64,000 nucleotides of DNA from IMG/VR virus record IMGVR_UViG_3300025316_001101; one strand, 5' to 3'. Source of the stretch: a virus (taxonomy: Duplodnaviria > Caudoviricetes). Positions 1 through 8,345 of this stretch are shown piece by piece (the stretch's first letter is position 1; every line of letters begins with the position of its first letter). Both the position numbers and the translations under genes were made by a program. The notes beneath the pieces are model-generated. The model saw only the letters and a list, made by a program, of their open reading frames with translations, was not told where the DNA came from and did no database searches.

Positions 1-178
1 AACTCTACCCAATACGTATGAATTTCTTCCTGAGTATCTGCATTTTTGCAGACCCGATAACAATCTTCTAAGCGATCACCTTCTTCAAGCAATCCCTTGG
101 GAAAAGGTATAACGGTTCCAAAGAACCCCTCTACCCACATGTCCGATAGGACTCGCACCCTATCTCCTACTTTGAAAG

Positions 179-535
179 TCATAGTACCAACGACTCCTTG
201 TTAAGAAGTTCTAAAATATCTACCACTTTAGACGGCAGAGTTTTCTTCACCTCTTCGGAACTACGGAACTTATGATTAAAAATCTTCGGCTCCTCATCCT
301 GATAACGATCTGCGTAATACGCTACCGTAAAACGATCTAACCCCGTATCTTCTGGAGAAGCCACTTGAATCCATTCATTGTTTTCTATTCTGCCTTTACA
401 CAAAATTTCTAACTTTTCATTGATTGCTTCTTGAAGATCAAATTCATCAAAAGGCAAATCGGCCGCTTCTTGCTGAGCCGAATCATGACACAATAATTCA
501 AAAACATCAAATACTCTAGTTGCTGTAATCTTCAT
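179..535 (-). CDS. hypothetical protein
   Basis: ORF track 179..547; the ATG at 535 overlaps the upstream stop (ATGA coupling). Confidence 0.6.
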   Translation of the reverse strand: MKITATRVFDVFELLCHDSAQQEAADLPFDEFDLQEAINEKLEILCKGRIENNEWIQVASPEDTGLDRFTVAYYADRYQDEEPKIFNHKFRSSEEVKKTLPSKVVDILELLNKESLVL

Positions 536-1239
536 GCTTTCACCCACGGTTGCACATTTTCTAAAAATTGTCGCACTTTGTCCAGATCAAGTTTCTGATC
601 ATCTTCGGAACGAACCTTAGATTCCACATCTATCCATGCAAAGTCTGGAGCTACCGATTCCAACTTCTCCAAAACACCCGCAACATTATCTGGTGATAAC
701 CCTCCCGCAAACCCGCAACGATTCATAGAAACTTGCTGAGGCCACTCTTGAGGCAATATACCGTGCCCACTAGAAACATCGTACATTGGGGCTACATTCG
801 TCACCTTAGATGCCGCCAATACAACAGGGTGATTTACATCTTCGACCTGAAGAATAATCTGCTGTTTTACTTGCAAGCCGGGCTCTTGTAGACCAATCAA
901 GAACCGACCAATATCAAGCCGATCCACCTCATGACTGAAATTTATTTGAAACCGTTTGAACATCGGCCAAAAAGGAAGCTCGTCAAAAATTCCCCATTTG
1001 CCTTTACAAACCTCACGCATCCATTTATCACAAATGTGGCCAGAGAAACGAATCGGAATTTTCGCCGCCTCTTGCATCCATTGTACAGACGGATAGCGTG
1101 GCGTCCCAGGCTTAGCCTGACTCAATAAAAGTCCCCATTCAACGAACGGAAACTGTTGTGAGAGCAATTGCAATTGGGAGGGCTCGACACTTTGGTCTGC
1201 TCCCGTTATCGTTACGAGGTCTAATATTTTCTTTACCAT
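532..1239 (-). CDS. phosphoribosylanthranilate isomerase (TrpF)-like TIM-barrel protein
   Basis: C-terminal FAGGLSPDNV...WIDVESKVR...LDLDKVRQF resembles the PRAI phosphate-binding end; divergent N-terminus. Confidence 0.6.
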   Translation of the reverse strand: MVKKILDLVTITGADQSVEPSQLQLLSQQFPFVEWGLLLSQAKPGTPRYPSVQWMQEAAKIPIRFSGHICDKWMREVCKGKWGIFDELPFWPMFKRFQINFSHEVDRLDIGRFLIGLQEPGLQVKQQIILQVEDVNHPVVLAASKVTNVAPMYDVSSGHGILPQEWPQQVSMNRCGFAGGLSPDNVAGVLEKLESVAPDFAWIDVESKVRSEDDQKLDLDKVRQFLENVQPWVKA

Positions 1240-1726
1240 AATCTTCCGCCAATAATTCTCTCATTTTCTTTCGTGCTCTATTCACCCTGGATAAAACCGT
1301 GCCCAAAGGAATATTCAAATGAGTAGCCACCTCTTGATGCGTCCATTCCATTACCGCTACTAAAAGTAATGTCTCTTTCATATCTTGTGGCAAACTGTCT
1401 AGTGCTTTTTGTATGTTGCTTGAAAACTCATGATCCACATAAGAATCATTTACGCCAACTTCTAAATCCTTATGATCTCTTAATTTTGGAAAAGGTTTTA
1501 ATCTAAATAAATCCGTCATTCTACGACGTAATATTTTTACCAACCATCCCATTCCAGTATCGTCAACATCCCGTAACTGAAAATCTGTATTTCCCGACCA
1601 AACAGATTTGAATGTTTCTTGAACTACATCTTCTGCCAAGTGAGATTGGCCTAAAGTGCGATAGGCTAAACGATACAGCCTACCACTGTGTAATTCAACC
1701 AATTGATTAAATTGCTGTACTTCCAC
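1139..1726 (-). CDS. ECF (sigma-70 group 4) RNA polymerase sigma factor
   Basis: LYRLAYR..AEDVVQETF (region 2) and LDSLP..KETLLLV..THQEVATHLNIPLGTVLSRVNRARKKMR (region 4); GTG start at 1726 with GGGAGA RBS. Confidence 0.9.
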   Translation of the reverse strand: MEVQQFNQLVELHSGRLYRLAYRTLGQSHLAEDVVQETFKSVWSGNTDFQLRDVDDTGMGWLVKILRRRMTDLFRLKPFPKLRDHKDLEVGVNDSYVDHEFSSNIQKALDSLPQDMKETLLLVAVMEWTHQEVATHLNIPLGTVLSRVNRARKKMRELLAEDYGKENIRPRNDNGSRPKCRALPIAIALTTVSVR

Positions 1727-1727
1727 C

Positions 1728-1937
1728 CTACATTTCTCCCAGCTTGACAAGCCAACGATTAGGAATGTCTATCTTTTTGACAGGAATTGTCTCGCCACAG
1801 GCGAGACAATTACAAGTATATGGCAACCGATGTCCAGAATCATCGCATTGAATGTCTCCGCATTCTACACCAAGAACCGCACAACATTTCGGACATTCAA
1901 TTTTGATATGGCTATCATGAATGATCCTCATCCACAT
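1728..1937 (-). CDS. small zinc-ribbon protein
   Basis: CPKC...CNCLAC motifs. Confidence 0.55.
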   Translation of the reverse strand: MWMRIIHDSHIKIECPKCCAVLGVECGDIQCDDSGHRLPYTCNCLACGETIPVKKIDIPNRWLVKLGEM

Positions 1938-2373
1938 TCTCCTTCATAGCAGTAGGTTTACTTTCGTGCCCAAAATGGCCAAAGCCATTTGCTTGAATAT
2001 CATCGTGTTCAGGATCATCAACCAATCTAGCTGCTTCGTTCGTTATGCGACCCTCAAATACATCGGCCACAACATCCGCAACTTCATAATAACCTAATGT
2101 AAATAAGTACGTGTTTAATGCATTGAACACATCATCACTTGCCCATCCCCCTGGATCATCGACAAACCGATTGCTATCGATAAACTTTTGCATATCCACT
2201 CGCCATTCAGGAGTGGTTTTCTTAGGATGTACAAAATAGGTTTCTTCCCGACCTTGATTGGTACTCAACCGAAGGCAAAAGATCCTTGCTCCAGTTGCGG
2301 AAATTTGTTGAAAAACTTCGTGCGAGTTCATGTTTGGATTCAATTCTTTCCACTGATTGTTCGATTTTTTCAT
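1915..2373 (-). CDS. hypothetical protein
   Basis: 152-aa ORF in a tightly packed minus-strand operon. Confidence 0.6.
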   Translation of the reverse strand: MKKSNNQWKELNPNMNSHEVFQQISATGARIFCLRLSTNQGREETYFVHPKKTTPEWRVDMQKFIDSNRFVDDPGGWASDDVFNALNTYLFTLGYYEVADVVADVFEGRITNEAARLVDDPEHDDIQANGFGHFGHESKPTAMKENVDEDHS

Positions 2374-2654
2374 AATTCTGCCAATCTATCATCCAATTCA
2401 AATGGATCACCGGCATCGGCCATTTTAATTTTGCCTTCCTTTTGCCATAAAATAACCGTATTGCTTCTAGCAATGGCAGGCATGGCATTACATTCTTCAG
2501 GAACGGTATAAGGAATGTGACCTTCCATCATTACCGCTTCTTCTGCATCGGAAATTTCCATCCCCACCAAACTATCCAAAAACAATTTTTTCATGTCTGT
2601 TCTCCTTTCGCCAGACATCATAGCACATTTGCCAAAAAAGAACAAGAGATGCCC

Positions 2655-3275
2655 TCACCTACTAGTTTCCAGATAGTGAATGGCACGATTCAGGATGTAA
2701 GCATTTTCTTTCAGCAAACCAATGGCTGTATTGCAATTCACACACAACAACCCTCTTACTTTATTGGTTTTATGGTCATGATCTACACAAAATCGTTTTC
2801 TTTGTTGCCCATAATTAGTCTTTCCTGTGATCCCCCCATCACAAATAGCGCACACCCCATTTTGCAATTGCAACATGTTTTTGTATTCTTGGAGTCCTAT
2901 GCCATACACACGCATGAGATCCAAATCGTCTTTACAATCATTGCAACTGGAATATAAACCATCCTTGAACGCACAATGCACAATGAACTCTTGTACTGAT
3001 TTTACAGCCCCGCACTTAACGCATTTTTTTAATCCATTCTGCGTGTGTCCATGAGCAATCGGACACTCCCAACCACAACTTTTAATGAGCCCTCTTGAAA
3101 CCTCTCCACATTTCCGCTCTATTTGTTTTCCGCAATCACATTTGAAATTAGCCCACTGCCTTGATTCGCCACGACTCACCCTGAATGGACTTGACACCAT
3201 AGTCAAATGGTTTCTTTTATCCCCCGGCTGCATGATCCACTCATTTTCTGGAACACCTCGCTTTTCTTCTGCCAT
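2655..3275 (-). CDS. recombination endonuclease VII-family (His-Me finger) homing-type endonuclease
   Basis: CAIC..CVDHDHKTNKVRGLLCVNCNTAIG motif; N-terminal WANFKCDCG zinc module; GAGGAGG RBS before the ATG at 3275. Confidence 0.85.
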   Translation of the reverse strand: MAEEKRGVPENEWIMQPGDKRNHLTMVSSPFRVSRGESRQWANFKCDCGKQIERKCGEVSRGLIKSCGWECPIAHGHTQNGLKKCVKCGAVKSVQEFIVHCAFKDGLYSSCNDCKDDLDLMRVYGIGLQEYKNMLQLQNGVCAICDGGITGKTNYGQQRKRFCVDHDHKTNKVRGLLCVNCNTAIGLLKENAYILNRAIHYLETSR

Positions 3276-3365
3276 AAATAAAAATCCTCCTCGCAAATGC
3301 CTATATCTTATATAAGCATCTGCGGGAGAAATTTTATTTCGGATCTTTTAGGAATTTACCCGCAT

Positions 3366-3983
3366 CTACCAATTCCACCACCAATTGCATTGTGGTTGAT
3401 AATATTGATAGCCCGGCCGCTGATAACCCGATGGTCTACAAACCGACTGCTGGTAAACCGGCTGCTGACAAACCGACTGCTGGTAAACCGGCTGCTGACA
3501 AACCGGCTGCTGACAAACCGGCTGCTGGTAAACCGGCTGCTGACAAACCGGCTGCTGGTAAACCGGCTGCTGACAAACCGGCTGCTGGTAAACCGGCTGC
3601 TGGTAAACCGGCTGCTGGTAAACCGGCTGCTGGTAAACCGGCTGCTGGTAAACCGGCTGCTGGTAAACCGGCTGCTGGTAAACCGGCTGCGATTCCCATT
3701 CCCTCACCGGCCGAATTTCATGAACATCCTGATGGGTATACGTCTCTCGCAATCCATTTCTCCACTCATGAATTGGCAATGAGCCAATCGGGTTCTGTTG
3801 AACCGGGATTGACTGGGCTACTACCGGCACCTGCTGTACCGGCACCTGCTGTACCGGCACCTGCTGTACCGGCACCTGCTGTACCGGCACCATTCCCATC
3901 GATCCTGGGGTATATGCTTCATACCCCTGCCCATACGCCACCGAACCAATCAACAACACAACCAACGTAACCAAAGTCTTCAT
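3366..3983 (-). CDS. secreted YQQPV/VQQVP pentapeptide-repeat protein
   Basis: signal peptide MKTLVTLVVLLIGSVAYG; ~17 15-nt YQQPV units and 4 QQVPV units. Confidence 0.8.
   Translation of the reverse strand: MKTLVTLVVLLIGSVAYGQGYEAYTPGSMGMVPVQQVPVQQVPVQQVPVQQVPVVAQSIPVQQNPIGSLPIHEWRNGLRETYTHQDVHEIRPVREWESQPVYQQPVYQQPVYQQPVYQQPVYQQPVYQQPVYQQPVCQQPVYQQPVCQQPVYQQPVCQQPVCQQPVYQQSVCQQPVYQQSVCRPSGYQRPGYQYYQPQCNWWWNW
3442..3691. repeat. coding 15-bp tandem repeat (GGCTGCTGGTAAACC unit)
   Basis: directly visible; variants GACAAACC/GACTGC. Confidence 0.95.
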
Positions 3984-4166
3984 AGCACACGATCCTTTCT
4001 TAGAAAAAACAAACTTCCTGTTTAATGTGCGATTAACAACACCTCAATCTGCTTCAGCCAATAACTGAAGTCTACTTTCATCGCTACAGCCGCTCCAAGC
4101 GCCGTAACTGTTACATCCAACAAGAAGCCAATAGTCCAACCGATAGCTTTCATGTTTCAGTTATCG

Positions 4167-4526
4167 TCACTTGGCTTCGGCGTCTTTAATCTGAATGTAA
4201 ATTTTCTTGGGGGCATTCTCAAAATATTTGAACAACGACGGACACAACCATCCTTCTTGCCCAACCTGTTCCCAGAGATATACGTTCCCACCCATTTCTT
4301 CTCGAACCCAAGTCAACTCAAACTCCGCAGTTGGAAATGGTGTTTCCGAAAATAGCAGTACAAAGCCCGCCTCTGGATTTTTGATCCCCTTATGTGCTGT
4401 AGCTAAATCAATCAACGTATCAGCCCCAGCTACGAAGGCTTCACGATATAAACCTACGGCAGGATCATCAAAAACCCAGATGTTTTCCCACTTGTACGGT
4501 TTGATTACGGCAATACTGTTACTCAA
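4167..4526 (-). CDS. conserved hypothetical protein (DUF6717-like)
   Basis: YKWENIWVFDDPAVGLYREAFVAGAD...WLCPSLFKYF pattern recalled from this family. Confidence 0.55.
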   Translation of the reverse strand: MSNSIAVIKPYKWENIWVFDDPAVGLYREAFVAGADTLIDLATAHKGIKNPEAGFVLLFSETPFPTAEFELTWVREEMGGNVYLWEQVGQEGWLCPSLFKYFENAPKKIYIQIKDAEAK

Positions 4527-4943
4527 TTTCTTTCCCTCGCTTGTTAAAACTTGTTGCTCACCCTGCGAATATTATACTCTGTGATTGAGGGTTGTAAACT
4601 AGAATCAGTAAAAAATACTGAACCCCCGGAGTGGCGTGTGTAGAGAATTGCCTGTAAGGAATAAACCTTACGACAAATTAGAGATTTTGCAAATTAAAAA
4701 CCAATTGCTGTTCTAAATTTTTTTCCAAAGTCTTTTCTAATTTATGCACACCCGCTTCAATTTCAGAAACTTGTGTTGATAAATTTTTCCATCGTCTATC
4801 TTCTTGAACATGGCCTTCTAATTCTTGTTTGCTGCGTACTCTATATTTCACAGTAGATGCCGGTTCCATTATTACCCCTATTATGATTAAATCATCGCCA
4901 ATAAATGTATATACAGTATCAGGAAAAAATCTTGTGAGATATC

Positions 4944-5375
4944 ATGAACGATAAACCCACGCTCAGCCAGAAATATGAGAACACTCAACGAACTCTACAA
5001 TCTGTAGTGGAAACACTCACAAGAGTTGACGTGCGGTTGGGTATTTTTATTGAAAATTTGGCCTCTCTGGAAGAGACTGTTAATTCCAATAAAGAAAAAG
5101 CCGACAGTTTGGGTATTCGCATTGCTGTCATTGAATCAAAAAGCTGTGACAGCCTTAAAGATTCAATTAAAGAACTAAAAGACGCCGTTAAAGATCTAGA
5201 CGAACGAGTAGATGACTTATCATCATCTCATCAAGAAATAAAAATGCTATCAGTCAGAAGCGATAGCTTGTGGAGCACTGTAGGCACCATCCTAATTAAA
5301 TTATTTGTGCCTATTATTATAGCTTTAACCACAGCCGCTATCATGTACCATTTTAATATTAGCAAAGGCCCTTAA
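4944..5375 (+). CDS. coiled-coil protein with C-terminal transmembrane helix (XhlA/holin-like architecture)
   Basis: heptad-rich body; hydrophobic ILIKLFVPIIIALTTAAIMY. Confidence 0.6.
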   Translation: MNDKPTLSQKYENTQRTLQSVVETLTRVDVRLGIFIENLASLEETVNSNKEKADSLGIRIAVIESKSCDSLKDSIKELKDAVKDLDERVDDLSSSHQEIKMLSVRSDSLWSTVGTILIKLFVPIIIALTTAAIMYHFNISKGP

Positions 5376-5692
5376 TAAACCGGCTCGTCCCCAAACGATA
5401 AGCTCATTTGGTTTGGAGCAGGACGATATGGCTCAGGTGGTGATTCTACCACACTAATAATTTCACATTGATAATCTGCGTCGTACTCTTCTTCGCCTAC
5501 ATAACTCCAAGTCTTAATAGTATCGGTATAGGCCATCTCTTCAACCATATCCTTGGCTTCATCCTCATCCTCAGCTTCAACAGTTACAGTGGTTCTTTCT
5601 GTTAAAGTTACTTCTGTTTTAGTTTCTCTTTCGATTTCAACCTTAAAATTTGGCATGGTATTAATCTCCTTGTCCGTATCATACCACACCAA
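5372..5692 (-). CDS. acidic hypothetical protein
   Basis: ORF track; the start may be the later ATG (MPNFK). Confidence 0.55.
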   Translation of the reverse strand: MVWYDTDKEINTMPNFKVEIERETKTEVTLTERTTVTVEAEDEDEAKDMVEEMAYTDTIKTWSYVGEEEYDADYQCEIISVVESPPEPYRPAPNQMSLSFGDEPVY

Positions 5693-5702
5693 TATTTCTT
5701 AA

Positions 5703-6098
5703 TCAAGCCGGATCTTTTGGGATGCGATGTTGATTGTTTTTCCACCAAGTTCTTATTCTCTTAGCAAGTTGTTCAATCATCTGCACCTTTTCTTCTGTTA
5801 AATCCTGAGGATTAGCTGGGCCTCCTGCAAGGCAACCCGTGCAATTAACAATGAAACCCGTGGCATACAACTGCTTATTAAATACCTCGGCCTTCTCCTG
5901 CATGCTTCGAACTTCTGATTTTAATCTTCTGTTCTTTTCCTCTAAGTCGGCCAAATGATGAGCCCTAGCAACTTGCTTTGGCGTCAAATAATGATTCACC
6001 AATCTCTCGGCCTTTTCCGCACGCTCTCTCCATTCATAATACTTTACAAACCAATCCTGACTGCTCTTTTTCCAAAACTCTACTTGATCTTCTGCCAT
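5703..6098 (-). CDS. hypothetical coiled-coil protein
   Basis: ORF track; AAGGAG RBS. Confidence 0.6.
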   Translation of the reverse strand: MAEDQVEFWKKSSQDWFVKYYEWRERAEKAERLVNHYLTPKQVARAHHLADLEEKNRRLKSEVRSMQEKAEVFNKQLYATGFIVNCTGCLAGGPANPQDLTEEKVQMIEQLAKRIRTWWKNNQHRIPKDPA

Positions 6099-6107
6099 AA
6101 TAACTCC

Positions 6108-6530
6108 TTATTCATTAACAACACCATATTTATGAAAATATCTTAACGGCCTATATTTCACTCCATTGACCCAAAAACCCCATTTACGATAGGGTCGGCC
6201 ACACAGGAGCAAAGTCCACGCACCCTCCTTCGATATATCCAAGTAGTGCCGTTTGTCTGCCTTGGAAACCCACCAACTCCCAGCCTTCACTTCAAATCTT
6301 CCTTCTGGCGTTACATTGGTGTATTTACCCTTCAAAATAATTGAAATGAAATCACAAGCATGATCATGAAAGAACCGCTTGTCGTCGGACCTAATCCAAT
6401 GGTGAATTCGTATGGTAAAACCAAACAATAGTATGGTCCAACGATACAAATAAGGTCGCCCAGGCTCACCCAGAGCTTCCTTCCATCGAATCTGAAAAAT
6501 TTTTCCAAATGGTTTCATATCATTCTCCAA
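6108..6530 (-). CDS. cupin-like (double-stranded beta-helix) hypothetical protein
   Basis: IHHWIRSDDKRFFHDH...SIILKGKY..H motif pattern. Confidence 0.5.
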   Translation of the reverse strand: MENDMKPFGKIFQIRWKEALGEPGRPYLYRWTILLFGFTIRIHHWIRSDDKRFFHDHACDFISIILKGKYTNVTPEGRFEVKAGSWWVSKADKRHYLDISKEGAWTLLLCGRPYRKWGFWVNGVKYRPLRYFHKYGVVNE

Positions 6531-6533
6531 AAG

Positions 6534-6685
6534 TCAGCGGTGAAGGACTCGAACCCCCGACCTCCGTGTAGTAGGCTCTGATACCCGGTGTAACTCGCTC
6601 CTGCTGCATTTGCAACCACAGCAATCGCTCGTAAGAATTCGTATCTTCGCCATCACGGTGCTCCAACCAACTGAGCTAACCGCCG
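6534..6685 (-). ncRNA. tRNA-like RNA with an 85-nt structured insert in place of the anticodon loop
   Basis: acceptor CGGCGGT/ACCGCTG, D-arm GCTC-AGTTGGTTG-GAGC, stem CCGTG/CACGG enclosing 6569-6653, T-loop TTCGAGT. Confidence 0.8.
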
Positions 6686-6689
6686 TCAG

Positions 6690-6763
6690 CCGGAAGTAAA
6701 GGATTTGAACCTCTATACCTACAACTTGCGTTGTAGTGCTCTAACCAATTGAGCTAACTTCCG
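6690..6763 (-). ncRNA. anticodon-less tRNA mimic (GCAA tetraloop)
   Basis: cloverleaf with anticodon arm CTACAAC-GCAA-GTTGTAG. Confidence 0.85.
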
Positions 6764-6835
6764 TCAACGAGAATGGACTTGAACCACCGACCTCCTACAG
6801 GTTTTGTAGGTGCTCTTTCACTGAGCTACTCGTTG
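6764..6835 (-). ncRNA. tRNA-like RNA with non-canonical anticodon loop
   Basis: CAACGAG/CTCGTTG acceptor; CCTACA-AAACC-TGTAGG arm lacking U33 and purine 37; T-loop TTCAAGT. Confidence 0.8.
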
Positions 6836-6839
6836 TCAG

Positions 6840-6913
6840 CCGAAGGTAAAGGACTCGAACCTCTATCCCTACAACTTGCGTTGTAGTGCTTTAGCCAATT
6901 AAGCTAACCTCCG
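6840..6913 (-). ncRNA. anticodon-less tRNA mimic (GCAA tetraloop), paralog of 6690-6763
   Basis: same CTACAAC-GCAA-GTTGTAG arm; compensatory changes in acceptor and D stems. Confidence 0.85.
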
Positions 6914-6916
6914 TTG

Positions 6917-6943
6917 ATCCGCCCGGCTTTGCCGGGCGGATCT
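6917..6943. terminator. perfect hairpin GATCCGCCCGGC-TTT-GCCGGGCGGATC
   Basis: 12-bp inverted repeat right after the stop of the 6953 ORF; terminator or processing stem. Confidence 0.6.
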
Positions 6944-6952
6944 TACAATCTT

Positions 6953-7438
6953 TTACTCCTCAAAATATTTCTTCGCTTCTTCATAAACTGCATTCACGGA
7001 ATATTCCAATTCCTTGTAATTCAAATCAATCCACTTTCCATCGCTCTTGCGAGCCATGCGATGCAAATTAAATTGAATCCCATGATTAACGTCATCAGGA
7101 TTTGCTTTAGGCATACGGGCATTCTTGTATGCTGCAATAATATTCAAATCATCGACAGCATTATGTAACACTCTGCCCGGTCTGGGAACAAATACTGAGC
7201 AATATATCGGTTCCGGGATAGGCCGATTGCTCCGCACTTTTTTATCAGTCTTATTGAGTCGGGGTTCCCAATAGAACTTATTCTTGGGTTCTTTTACATT
7301 CCAGCGATACCAACGGGCATAATCTTTCAACGTCTGGTAATACCACTTGTGAAGCTTCTTGAGCTTCAGATATGTTTCGTAATCACACGGATAAAATCCG
7401 TATTTACCTTCATTAACCATTTGCATGACAGCACTCAT
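6953..7438 (-). CDS. hypothetical protein
   Basis: ORF track; GAAGGAG RBS before the ATG at 7438. Confidence 0.6.
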   Translation of the reverse strand: MSAVMQMVNEGKYGFYPCDYETYLKLKKLHKWYYQTLKDYARWYRWNVKEPKNKFYWEPRLNKTDKKVRSNRPIPEPIYCSVFVPRPGRVLHNAVDDLNIIAAYKNARMPKANPDDVNHGIQFNLHRMARKSDGKWIDLNYKELEYSVNAVYEEAKKYFEE

Positions 7439-7777
7439 TTTCTTCTCCTTCATAAAGTTGTTCAGAAAGTTCATCAACACATTTAATCTCTTCATCGGGC
7501 ACCTCCTTCAAAAGAACTTCCTCTGCCTTTTTGTAGATGACCGTTTCGACCACTAATCCGCCACAGACCGCAGCTTCTAACGCACTGAGATCAATAGATC
7601 TTATTTTAGCTTCTTGCACCATATCGACCAAAGAAAATGATCGCACAATTTCCCATTCTGCACTGGGATACCCGCCAAGAGCATTGGCAATGTTCATAGC
7701 GGGGAAACAGTCAGAGCATCGCAAAGCGATGGCTTGTTTTAATTGTGCATCTGTGATAGGACGTTTTAATTCAAAAG

Positions 7778-8131
7778 TCATGCCACACCCCCTTGAACGC
7801 AATCAACGTTCCGAAGGCATTGATATTTTTGAAAATGGCGACGAGAATCGCCTGATTGGGGTTCTGTTGCAAAAGCCGTCATTTGACCATCAAGGTCAGA
7901 TTCAAAAAACGGTTTGCATTTAATGCCGAACCCAGAGATCCGTCTTAGAGCATTGATAAGCTGTTCTTCGTTACGAACAGACAGGGCAACCACAAACGGG
8001 TGATCGCCATCAGACGGAATAAGAGAATTTCGAGCAAGCTCGATAATTGCGTGGGTGGATTGAACAACTTGCTGCGGAAATGAAAGATCCCTACGAACAA
8101 AAGTGTAAACATAACTGTTTACCGTTTCCAC
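7778..8131 (-). CDS. peptidyl-tRNA hydrolase 2 (PTH2)-like protein
   Basis: YTFVRRDLSFPQQVVQSTHA...VVALSV..EEQL...FFESDLDGQMTAFATEP pattern of phage PTH2-like proteins. Confidence 0.7.
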   Translation of the reverse strand: METVNSYVYTFVRRDLSFPQQVVQSTHAIIELARNSLIPSDGDHPFVVALSVRNEEQLINALRRISGFGIKCKPFFESDLDGQMTAFATEPQSGDSRRHFQKYQCLRNVDCVQGGVA

Positions 8132-8345
8132 CTCATTAATCTACGTAAATCCGCTCATGTGCATTTTTCCTTTTTCGATAATCATTTTTGTTTTTGTAGA
8201 CCTGTTCAGTATTCGGGCATATAGCCTGACAAGGGTTGACAAGTCGTTCTTTGGGAGTAACTACAAGTTGCTCAGGTGGATAATCCACACTCCAAAGCCG
8301 GTGTCTTTCGACATCATACGTATTATACGCTCGTCAGCCCAAAAG

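Noticed and set aside
3392-3970. Plus-strand PAAGK-repeat ORF, and the 15-bp repeats as a CRISPR array
   Set aside because: Shadow frame of the minus-strand signal-peptide gene; the repeats are contiguous with no spacers.
6569-6653. Archaeal bulge-helix-bulge intron giving tRNA-Ala(GGC)
   Set aside because: The central helix would need ATGG to pair with CCTA (two mismatches), and the acceptor lacks G3-U70.
6534-6913. Array read as permuted Y-RNA (YrlA)-like units
   Set aside because: Acceptor strands pair within each unit, not between adjacent units, and no Ro/TROVE gene is seen in the window.
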